Assembly (NCBI GenBank): GCA_021787335.1
Contig: JAJYMC010000049.1
Location: 14,053-78,052, forward strand
DNA from: Bacillota bacterium
Lineage (GTDB): Bacteria > Bacillota > Sulfobacillia > JAJYWN01 > JAJZPE01
Direction: 5' to 3'
Length of the DNA: 64,000 nt
Under the pieces are notes generated by a model. That model ran no database searches. It had not been told where the DNA came from and saw only the letters and a list, made by a program, of their open reading frames with translations. This document shows, in pieces, positions 28,943 through 36,971 of this stretch. The translations under genes were made by a program, and so were the position numbers. The number at the start of each line of letters is the position of its first letter. The stretch's first letter is position 1.

Positions 28943-29010
28943 AAGTCGCTCGAATGGACCAAAGCACACACGACGCCTGAGAACAAGGCCTTCCTGAAAT
29001 CCATGCCGTT
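28943..29010 (+). repeat. 68-bp direct repeat of metallophosphoesterase gene segment 24214-24281
   Basis: 66/68 identical by direct comparison. Confidence 0.95.
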
Positions 29011-29033
29011 AACAAGGAGGGAAATGGAAGATA

Positions 29034-30980
29034 ATGTCCGAACTTGACCAGGAACGCGGCGCCGAACGACGAGAGACGCAGTTCATCTTCTTTTCGGGCA
29101 AGGGCGGAGTCGGCAAGACGTCCATGGCCTGCGCGACCGCGGTTCACCTGGCCATGGAAGGCAAGGCCACGCTCATTGTGACCACCGATCCGGCTTCGAA
29201 CCTGGCCGACGTCTTCGGTCAGGAAATCGGCCACCGGGAGGCGCCGATAAGGGGGACCCCTCGACTCTGGGCGATGGAGATTGATCCGGACCGGGCCACC
29301 GAGGAGTACCGGGAACGAATCGTCGGCCCGATGCGCCTGGTGATGCCGTCGGAGATCACGCGGGTGATTGAAGAGCAGTTCCGCTCGCCGTGCACGACGG
29401 AGATCGCCGCCTTCGACCGCTTCGTTGACTTCATGGACGACTCTTCCTACGACATGGTCATCTTTGACACCGCGCCCACGGGACACACGATCAGACTGCT
29501 TGAACTGCCGGTGGACTGGAGCAAACACATTGAGGAGAGCGCTCAGCACGGTGGGCAGACCTGCATGGGGCCGGTGGAGGCGATTCAAGGCTCCAAGGCC
29601 AAGTACGACCGGGCTATTCGCTTCCTGCGGGATCCGGGCCGGACCACCTTCATCTTTGTGATTCAGGCCGAGCAGACGCCCGTTTTCGAGGCCGAAAGGG
29701 CAATGAAAGAACTGGCCACGATCGGTGTCAAGTCGACCTGGCTGATTGTCAATGGGCTCATCCCCCAAGATGCCGCTGATAACCCTCTCTTCGCCAAGCG
29801 CCTGACGATGCAGCAGAGGTACCTGAAGGATATCGCCCGGCGGTTCCCCATGACGACGACGATGATGCCCTTGCTACCCGTGGAAATACGGGGCACCGCC
29901 ATTCTGTCCAAAGTGGGCGACCTGCTGTACCGCAGTCCGGCCGAAACGCCTCCGACGCATGGGCCATGGACCGCCGCGGGGATGGACGGCCACACAGCGC
30001 CGGTCTCCGGCAAGGGAGAGTCGGACCACGCCGGCTCCAGATCTCCGACCGACTGGGCGGGCGTGCGAGCCGCCCTGACCCCCGGCCCCACTGGGCGGAG
30101 GCTGCTGTTTTTCACGGGGAAGGGAGGGGCCGGCAAGACTACCATCGCTTCCGTCACCGCCGTGCGGTTGGCTGAGCTTGGGTATCGGACCCTTCTGGTC
30201 TCGACCGACCCAGCCTCGCACCTCAGCCAGTCTTTCGCCCAGGAGATCGGGGCCGAGGTGACCCCCGTGGTCGGCCAGCCTGGCCTGTATGCCGCTCGGG
30301 TAGACCAGAAGGAAGCGGTGGAGGAATACCGAGAGCGAATTCTCTCTGAAGCCAGAGGGAAGTATTCAGCCGACATGCTCGAGGCGATGCGGGAGGAGTT
30401 GAATTCTCCGTGCACCGAGGAGATGGCCGCCTTCGAGAAGTTCGTCAGGTATACCACTCTGACGGACTACGACGTGACGGTCTTTGACACGGCCCCGACC
30501 GGTCACACCCTGCGCCTTCTCGAATTGCCGATGGAATGGGACAGGCAGGTTGAGATCATGGTCTCAACGAAGCCCGGGACGCAGGCCTTCGCGGAAACGA
30601 AGGCCCGCTTTGACGATGCCATCAAGACCCTGCGCGACCCCGCCGAGACCACCTTTGTCTTCGTGGTCTATCCGGAATACACGCCCATAATTGAAGCCTT
30701 TCGGGCGAGCCAGGATCTCTCCCAGAGCGGCATCAAGACCGGCTTGGTGGTTGCCAATCTCGTCCTTCCCCATGGGCATCGGTCGACCCCGCTGTATGAC
30801 AGCCGGTACGGGCTTCAACAGAAGTATCTGGGCGGAATCCAAGAGAAGTTCGGCGTGCCCATGTTGGTCATGCCGCTCTTGGACGAGGAGATTAACGGGC
30901 TACCTCGGCTCAAGGAGGCGGCCGCGATTCTGTATGGGGAGGAGCTGGGGGATGGCCGCAAAGCCGACGCAGGATCATGA
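29034..30980 (+). CDS. arsA: Arsenical pump-driving ATPase ArsA (duplicated ATPase domains)
   Basis: GKGGVGKT and GKGGAGKT, two DTAPTGH, SPCTTE, TCMG, SPCTEE. Confidence 0.95.
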   Translation: MSELDQERGAERRETQFIFFSGKGGVGKTSMACATAVHLAMEGKATLIVTTDPASNLADVFGQEIGHREAPIRGTPRLWAMEIDPDRATEEYRERIVGPMRLVMPSEITRVIEEQFRSPCTTEIAAFDRFVDFMDDSSYDMVIFDTAPTGHTIRLLELPVDWSKHIEESAQHGGQTCMGPVEAIQGSKAKYDRAIRFLRDPGRTTFIFVIQAEQTPVFEAERAMKELATIGVKSTWLIVNGLIPQDAADNPLFAKRLTMQQRYLKDIARRFPMTTTMMPLLPVEIRGTAILSKVGDLLYRSPAETPPTHGPWTAAGMDGHTAPVSGKGESDHAGSRSPTDWAGVRAALTPGPTGRRLLFFTGKGGAGKTTIASVTAVRLAELGYRTLLVSTDPASHLSQSFAQEIGAEVTPVVGQPGLYAARVDQKEAVEEYRERILSEARGKYSADMLEAMREELNSPCTEEMAAFEKFVRYTTLTDYDVTVFDTAPTGHTLRLLELPMEWDRQVEIMVSTKPGTQAFAETKARFDDAIKTLRDPAETTFVFVVYPEYTPIIEAFRASQDLSQSGIKTGLVVANLVLPHGHRSTPLYDSRYGLQQKYLGGIQEKFGVPMLVMPLLDEEINGLPRLKEAAAILYGEELGDGRKADAGS

Positions 30981-31062
30981 TTTCAGAGGTCGGAAGATGA
31001 GTGATGCGCTTGGACTTCAGGGTCGATTGTCCGTCAAACCGCGGGAGGCTGGTGACCAACGT

Positions 31063-31416
31063 ATGGAAGCCCTTTTGGAGCAGATCAAGGCCATGTCCGA
31101 CGGGACCCGGCTCAAGATCCTCAAGCTGGTCGAGCGGCAGGAGCTCTGTGTCTGCCAGATCGTTCCCATCATGGGGCTTTCACAACCCACCATCTCCACC
31201 CATCTCGGCAAGCTGAAACGGGCTGGACTGGTCAAGGAACGACGTCGGGGTCAGTGGGCCTATTACTCGATGAACCGTGAGAGCTTGGCTCAGTTCGGCA
31301 AAGCATTGGAAGCATTCTTTTCGGCTCAGCTTGAGGAGATCCCGGAGATGCGGGCGAATGCTCTCCGGCTGGCCGAAGAGCTCGCGAAAGGGGACCCGTG
31401 CCCAAAGGACCCCTGA
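31063..31416 (+). CDS. arsR: ArsR family regulator upstream of acr3
   Basis: KAMSD.TRL.IL, ELCVC, ISTHL..LK.AGLV. Confidence 0.88.
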   Translation: MEALLEQIKAMSDGTRLKILKLVERQELCVCQIVPIMGLSQPTISTHLGKLKRAGLVKERRRGQWAYYSMNRESLAQFGKALEAFFSAQLEEIPEMRANALRLAEELAKGDPCPKDP

Positions 31417-31490
31417 ATCGGGGCCCCTTAAGGCCGTGTTTCCGGCTGCGCCAAGAACCTGACAGACCAAAGGAATGGAGGGCCTCGCAA

Positions 31491-32558
31491 TTGAATAACG
31501 GGAAGACCACCGCGGCCAAGCTGTCGCTGCTTGATCAACTCCTGACCGTCTGGATTCTCCTCGCCATGGCCCTGGGGGTGGGCCTCGGCTACCTCTTTCC
31601 GGGGGTGGCGGCGCTCCTTGACCGGCTATCCGTCGGTACGACTTCCATCCCCATCGCCGTCGGCCTGATCGTCATGATGTACCCACCCCTGACCAAGGTC
31701 CGGTACCGTGAACTGGGGAAGGTCTTCAAGAACGGCAAGGTTCTCACCCTTTCGTTGGTCCAGAACTGGCTCATCGGGCCGGTGTTGATGTTCCTCCTGG
31801 CCATCATCTTCCTCCGCGGGTATCCCGAGTACATGGTCGGCCTCATCCTCATCGGGCTGGCCCGCTGCATCGCCATGGTCATCGTTTGGAACAGCCTGGC
31901 CAGGGGGGACACCGAGTACGCGGCCGCCCTGGTCGCTTTCAACTCGCTGTTCCAGGTCTTCTTCTATTCGGTCTATGCTTACGTCTTCATAGCGGTCCTC
32001 CCCGCGTGGATGGGCCTCAAGGGCGCCGTGGTCCACGTGACCATCGGACAGGTGGCCGAGAGCGTGGCGATTTATCTGGGAATCCCGTTCCTGGCCGGCT
32101 TCTTGACCCGGACCATCCTGGCTCCGCTCAAGGGCGAGGAGTGGTACGAGAAGCGCTTCGTTCCCAAGGTCAGCCCCCTGGCCCTGATCGCCCTGCTGTT
32201 CACGATCATCGTCATGTTCTCGCTGAAAGGGCGGTACATCGTCGGGCTTCCACTGGACGTGGTCCGGATCGCCGTCCCCCTCATCATCTACTTCGTGGTC
32301 ATGTTCATGGTCTCGTTCTTCCTGAGCCACCGGTTCGGGGTGGATTACCCGAAGACGGCGAGCCTGTCTTTCACGGCGGCCAGCAATAACTTCGAGCTGG
32401 CCATCGCCGTGGCCGTGGCGGTCTTCGGTCTGAACTCCGGCCAGGCCTTCGCCGCGGTCATCGGCCCGCTCATCGAGGTCCCGGTGATGCTGGCTTTGGT
32501 CAATGTATCCCTGGGCTTTTCCAGGCGATACTTCCGAACCCAGGGAGGCAACGGATGA
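31491..32558 (+). CDS. acr3: ACR3 family arsenite efflux transporter
   Basis: [46 protein letters not shown] before TTG. Confidence 0.96.
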   Translation: MNNGKTTAAKLSLLDQLLTVWILLAMALGVGLGYLFPGVAALLDRLSVGTTSIPIAVGLIVMMYPPLTKVRYRELGKVFKNGKVLTLSLVQNWLIGPVLMFLLAIIFLRGYPEYMVGLILIGLARCIAMVIVWNSLARGDTEYAAALVAFNSLFQVFFYSVYAYVFIAVLPAWMGLKGAVVHVTIGQVAESVAIYLGIPFLAGFLTRTILAPLKGEEWYEKRFVPKVSPLALIALLFTIIVMFSLKGRYIVGLPLDVVRIAVPLIIYFVVMFMVSFFLSHRFGVDYPKTASLSFTAASNNFELAIAVAVAVFGLNSGQAFAAVIGPLIEVPVMLALVNVSLGFSRRYFRTQGGNG

Positions 32559-32566
32559 ACCGGCCG

Positions 32567-32600
32567 ACGGCCCCCGCGCTGGACCGCGGGGGCCGTTTTC
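32567..32600 (+). terminator. Intrinsic terminator after acr3
   Basis: ACGGCCCCCGCG-CTGGAC-CGCGGGGGCCGT then TTT. Confidence 0.7.
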
Positions 32601-32848
32601 CGCTATCCCGAGACCGGGGCGGTGGTTGAGGGGGTTCGCGAAGGCTGGCTGATGGTCGTCCCGCCCTGGGCGGCGTGGTGACAAGCCTGGGGCCATACAA
32701 GCTCTTGGCCACCGCCTTTGCCGCTAGAGGCTGAACTCAATTGGGGTAAGGGTTGTTGCCCCAGACGGCCATACGCCGGTCGGTCACAGCCCAAGAGTCT
32801 ATTGACACCACTATATTAGGATATTAGAATAAAGGCGAGGCGAGGTGT

Positions 32849-33115
32849 TTGACTTTGAACGAACGTTTCTTGTCCCTGGAAGCTAGGCTGACCAAGGCGA
32901 TGGGTCACGCGACCAGGCTAAAGATTCTTCACCTCATCGCTGAAAACGGGCCGCGGTGTGTCTGCGAACTGGTTCCGGTGTTGCGCGTGGACCAATCCAA
33001 CGTGTCCCAGCACCTGTCGGTGCTGCGGCAGGCCGGGGTCGTGGTGGCGCGACGGGATGGCGCCCGGGTCGTCTATTCGCTGGCAAACCCGAGGACGTCC
33101 GCGACGAACATTTGA
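32849..33115 (+). CDS. ArsR family regulator, probably C-terminally truncated
   Basis: KAMGHATRL.IL, RCVCEL, NVSQHL..LR.AG.V, VYSLA then abrupt end; promoter TTGACA-17-TAGAAT at 32802-32830. Confidence 0.8.
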   Translation: MTLNERFLSLEARLTKAMGHATRLKILHLIAENGPRCVCELVPVLRVDQSNVSQHLSVLRQAGVVVARRDGARVVYSLANPRTSATNI

Positions 33116-33312
33116 TGCGCAACCAGATCCTGAAGGTCCTGGCGGCCGGGCCGCGGACCATCCCTCAGATCGCCGCCGCCCTCGGCTACCCGGCCCATGA
33201 AGTCGTCTTCTGGGTGATGGGGATGCGCAAGTATGGCTTCGTGGCCGAGATCAAAGAGGTCACCGGTGAGGGTTACTATCAGTACCAGGCCGTGCCGAGG
33301 GAGGGAGCCTGA
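33115..33312 (+). CDS. Small winged-helix protein (possibly 5'-truncated)
   Basis: IL..L..GP.TIPQIA..LG....EV..W.MGMRKYG pattern; TGATG coupling on both sides. Confidence 0.65.
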   Translation: MRNQILKVLAAGPRTIPQIAAALGYPAHEVVFWVMGMRKYGFVAEIKEVTGEGYYQYQAVPREGA

Positions 33313-33635
33313 TGGCCCTTTTGAACCCCGACCTGGCGGACCAGGTCCGCCAGGCAACCCCGTGGAGCTCAAGCGGTCACGAGTTCAACGCCTCGGCCTG
33401 CATGAACTGCGGGGTCTGCGGCGCGGTCTGCCCGATGGGCATCGAACTCTTGCCCCGCAAGCTGTTCCGCTACGTCCTCCTGGGGATGGAGGACCAGGTC
33501 AAGGAGAACACCGAGACCATCTATTCCTGCCTCCTGTGCAAGATGTGCGAGGTGAACTGCCCGGCGGGGGTGCATATCGCGGAAAACGTGCGCTCTCTGC
33601 GGCACTTCATCAACCGCCAAGTCTTCAGGCTTTAA
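33312..33635 (+). CDS. 4Fe-4S dicluster protein (HdrC-like)
   Basis: CMNCGVCGAVCP and CLLCKMCEVNCP. Confidence 0.88.
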   Translation: MALLNPDLADQVRQATPWSSSGHEFNASACMNCGVCGAVCPMGIELLPRKLFRYVLLGMEDQVKENTETIYSCLLCKMCEVNCPAGVHIAENVRSLRHFINRQVFRL

Positions 33636-33647
33636 GGAGCGAAGACC

Positions 33648-34623
33648 ATGCCACTACCTATCGGCGATACCATCGGCATCCTGGCCGACAACCTCCGCCT
33701 GCGCGGGTCGGTCCTGCCCATCAGCGCCCGCAACGCCACCAGGTGGGCCAGGGGCCTCAACCTGCCCCGCGGCGGGGAGACCGTGCTCTACACCGGGCTG
33801 ATGTTCCAGCTCATCCCGTACATCGAGGAGATGAGCCAGGCCGAGGAGAAGCTCGGGGATTCCTGGCTGGCCGGCTTCGTCGGCCTCGGACGGCAAGTGA
33901 ACAAAGTGGTGAACATCTCGGCCCTCATGGCGCGGCCTTCCGCCCCAGGTGCGGGCGGCCTATGACCAGGTCCTGGTCAACGTGGCCAGTCTGCTGAAAC
34001 AGGCGGGGGTCGACTTCGGGTACCTCTATGAGGAGGAGCTCTATTCCGGGGCCCTGATCTACGACCTCGGCGTGGATGAGGCCCTCGAGCGTCACGCTCG
34101 CAAGGTCTACGGCCTTCTGAAGAAGCGCGGGGTCAAGAAGCTCATCACGGTCGACCCGCACACCACCAACATGCTGCGCTCGGTCTACCCGACCATGATC
34201 GAGGGCTATGACCTACAGGTGCAGAGCTATCTGGAGGTCCTGGCCGAGCGGGGGCTGAAACCGGCGCGGAACCTGGCCGGCGAGGTGGCCATCCACGATT
34301 CCTGCGTCTTCGCCCGGTACGAGGGCGTCGTCGACCAGCCCAGGGAACTCCTCGGCCAGGCCGGGCTGACGGTCAAGGAGCCGGAGGACGCCGGCAAGTT
34401 CACCTGGTGCTGCGGTGGGCCGGCCGAATCCCTCTACCCCAGGAAGGCCCTGGCCAACGCCCAGAGGAGGGTGGAGCAGTTGAAGTGGGCGGCTCCGGAC
34501 GGGGTGACGATGTGCCCCATCTGCTACGTTAATCTACAGAAGGCGGCCGGTGAAACCATGCGTTTCCAGGACATCTCCCATTACTTGCGGCAGGCTTACG
34601 GGCCGCATAAGGACGTGAAATAG
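33648..34623 (+). pseudogene. (Fe-S)-binding CCG-domain protein (HdrB/D-like), +1 frameshift at C run 33943-33946
   Basis: Removing one C joins 33648..33965 and 33949..34623 (PSAQVRAAYD); ITVDPH, HDSC, CCGG, CPIC motifs. Confidence 0.8.
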
Positions 34624-34624
34624 G

Positions 34625-35101
34625 GTGGATAAGACTAAGAAGACGATCATCGTCTTCAGCGGCGACCTGGATAAGGCCATGGCGGCGTTCATCATCGCCA
34701 ACGGCGCGGCGGCCATGGGGGACGACGTGACCATGTTCTTCACCTTCTGGGGCCTCAACATCTTGCGCAAGCGGGAGAAGATCAGCGCCAAGAAGAGCTT
34801 CCTGCAGGGCATGTTCGGCTGGATGATGCCCCGCGGCGCCGGCCGGCTGGGGTTGTCCAGGATGAACTTCGGGGGCATGGGCGCGACGATGATGAAAATG
34901 GTCATGAAGCAGCAGAACGTCTCCTCGATAGAAGAGTTGATCGCCACCGCCAAGGAGCAGGGCATTAAGATGGTGGCCTGCACCATGTCCATGGACGTGA
35001 TGGGCTTCAAGCCTGAAGAGATGATCGACGGCCTGGAGTATGCCGGGGTGGCCACCTACCTGGGCGAGGCCGACGAGGCCAACGTCAACCTGTTCATCTG
35101 A
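34625..35101 (+). CDS. DsrE/DsrF/DrsH-like family protein
   Basis: FSGDLDKA.AAFIIANGAAA, FFTFWGL, ACTMSMDVMG. Confidence 0.9.
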   Translation: MDKTKKTIIVFSGDLDKAMAAFIIANGAAAMGDDVTMFFTFWGLNILRKREKISAKKSFLQGMFGWMMPRGAGRLGLSRMNFGGMGATMMKMVMKQQNVSSIEELIATAKEQGIKMVACTMSMDVMGFKPEEMIDGLEYAGVATYLGEADEANVNLFI

Positions 35102-35245
35102 CCGCCCGAGGCGGAGGAAGGGCATGTGCACCGGGCGGCGGTCCTCGAACGGTAGCTTTCTGTAGACGAGGAGGCTCAACCCGGGTAGAATGTTAGTCAA
35201 GGGTCTTGTCGACCCGGTGGGATGTACAGGTCTGGAGGTGTTGGC

Positions 35246-35605
35246 TTGAAGCCGGATGACTGTGGAATGGTCGCCGACCTCGTGAAGGCGTTGACCAACC
35301 CCACCAGGTTGAGGATCCTGTGCGCGTTGAGCGGCGGGCGGGAGCTGCGGGTCTCGGACGTTGTCGCCAAGACCCGCATGAGGCAGGCCAACGTCTCCAT
35401 CCAACTCGGTCTCCTGCGTTCCAAGGGCATCCTCGCGTCCAGGCGCGAGGAAGTGAATGTCTACTATAGCATCGCCGATCACCGGGTCCTCGAGGCCCTT
35501 GAGCTATTGCTCTCGGTGGCCGAGACCAACTCCCTGAAGCCCGCCCGCTCAAGGTCGGAGGACGGGACTAAATCCCTCGGCAAGCTGCAGGATTTCACCC
35601 CGTAG
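35246..35605 (+). CDS. ArsR/SmtB family transcriptional regulator
   Basis: KALTNPTRLRIL, NVS.QL..LR.KG, VYYSIAD; GGAGG RBS; promoter TAGACG-17-TAGAAT at 35163-35191. Confidence 0.88.
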   Translation: MKPDDCGMVADLVKALTNPTRLRILCALSGGRELRVSDVVAKTRMRQANVSIQLGLLRSKGILASRREEVNVYYSIADHRVLEALELLLSVAETNSLKPARSRSEDGTKSLGKLQDFTP

Positions 35606-35624
35606 ACGTCAAATAGCTGTCACC

Positions 35625-35868
35625 GGCGAGGACGGGGAGAAGTACGCCGCCAGCCATCCTTCAGGGAGAAGGCGCCATGGACTGCAAGCGCCTTCAGGAC
35701 TGGCCCGGCCGAAATTCGCCCCCGAGCTTCTGGGTTGAAGGGCCGCGCGGCCTGGTAGGCTCAGACGGATTTCCCCCGTTAGCGGGAATGGATATCGTTC
35801 GGTATCCACCCGGGTGGTTCGCGGAAGCATGGGCTTTCGTCCTAGGGACGGGGGCTCTTTCCTTTTTT
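35625..35868 (+). ncRNA. T-box riboswitch (Phe)
   Basis: AGTA/GAA elements, AGGGA and ACTG boxes, specifier TTC (35715-17), variant T-box GGGTGGTTCGCG, terminator with T-tract. Confidence 0.88.
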
Positions 35869-35930
35869 CGGGGTTTCTTCACCGAAGCTGGGGTCACGGG
35901 ACCTCGGCTGCTCAACGGGGAGGCAACGAG

Positions 35931-36956
35931 ATGCGCGAGGAACTCAAGCGGTTGAAGGACGAGGCCCTGGCGGCCATCGAAGAGACGGCCACGGCCGCCG
36001 GCCTGCAGGACCTGAGGGTCAGGTACCTCGGGAAGAAGGGCGCCTTGACGGGCATCCTGCGCGGGATGGGAACCGTCCCGGCCGACGAGCGGCCGGCCCT
36101 CGGCCAGCTCGCCAACGAGGCGCGCGACGCCATCGAGGCCCGCCTGACCGACCGGGCGGCGGCCCTGGAGTCGACCGAGCTCGACGCCCGCCTGGGGGCC
36201 GAGAAGGTCGACCTGACCCTGCCCGGGACCTGGCTGCCGCGGGGCTCCGAGCACCCGATGTCCCAGGTCACCGAAGAGGTCAAGGCCATCTTCACGAACA
36301 TGGGCTTCCAGGTCGTCGACGGGCCCGAGGTCGAGACGGATTATTACAACTTCGAGGCCCTGAACATCCCCAAGGACCACCCGGCCCGCGACACGCAGGA
36401 TTCCTTCTTCATCAACCCGGAGATCCTCTTGCGCACGCAGACCTCGCCGGTGCAGATACGGACGATGGAGAAGATGACCCCGCGCCTGCCGGTACGGATC
36501 ATCACCATCGGCCGGGTCTATCGCCGCGACGAGTCTGACCCGACCCACGGCTCGGTCTTCCACCAGCTCGAGGGGCTCGTCGTCGACCGCGGCATTACCA
36601 TGGGCGACCTCAAGGGGACGCTGACCCTGATGGCCCGCAGCCTCTTCGGCGAGGGCGTCCGCATCCGCCTGCGCCCGAGCTACTTCCCGTTCACCGAGCC
36701 GAGCGCCGAGACCGACGTCTCGTGCCCGGTCTGCGACGGCGCCGGCTGCCGCGTTTGCAAGGGCAGTGGCTGGATCGAGCTGGGCGGCTCGGGGATGGTC
36801 CACCCGCGCGTGCTGACCGCTGGCGGGTACGACCCCGAGGTCGTCTCCGGCTTCGCCTGGGGGTTCGGGATCGAGCGGATGACGATGCGCAAGTATGGCA
36901 TCGAGGACCTCCGGCACCTTTACTCCAACGACGTGCGCTTCCTGCGCCAGTTCTGA
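35931..36956 (+). CDS. pheS: Phenylalanine--tRNA ligase alpha subunit
   Basis: NFEALN.P..HPARD.QD, LLRTQTSP, YFPFTEPS, G.GMVHP. Confidence 0.98.
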   Translation: MREELKRLKDEALAAIEETATAAGLQDLRVRYLGKKGALTGILRGMGTVPADERPALGQLANEARDAIEARLTDRAAALESTELDARLGAEKVDLTLPGTWLPRGSEHPMSQVTEEVKAIFTNMGFQVVDGPEVETDYYNFEALNIPKDHPARDTQDSFFINPEILLRTQTSPVQIRTMEKMTPRLPVRIITIGRVYRRDESDPTHGSVFHQLEGLVVDRGITMGDLKGTLTLMARSLFGEGVRIRLRPSYFPFTEPSAETDVSCPVCDGAGCRVCKGSGWIELGGSGMVHPRVLTAGGYDPEVVSGFAWGFGIERMTMRKYGIEDLRHLYSNDVRFLRQF

Positions 36957-36971
36957 CGGGAGGAAGAACCG

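Noticed and set aside
17946..35674. 10-11-bp matches (CGGGGAGAAG / GGGAGAAGGCG) near both island ends as att or target duplications
   Set aside because: Short and purine-rich, right copies are structural parts of the T-box, and no integrase is present.
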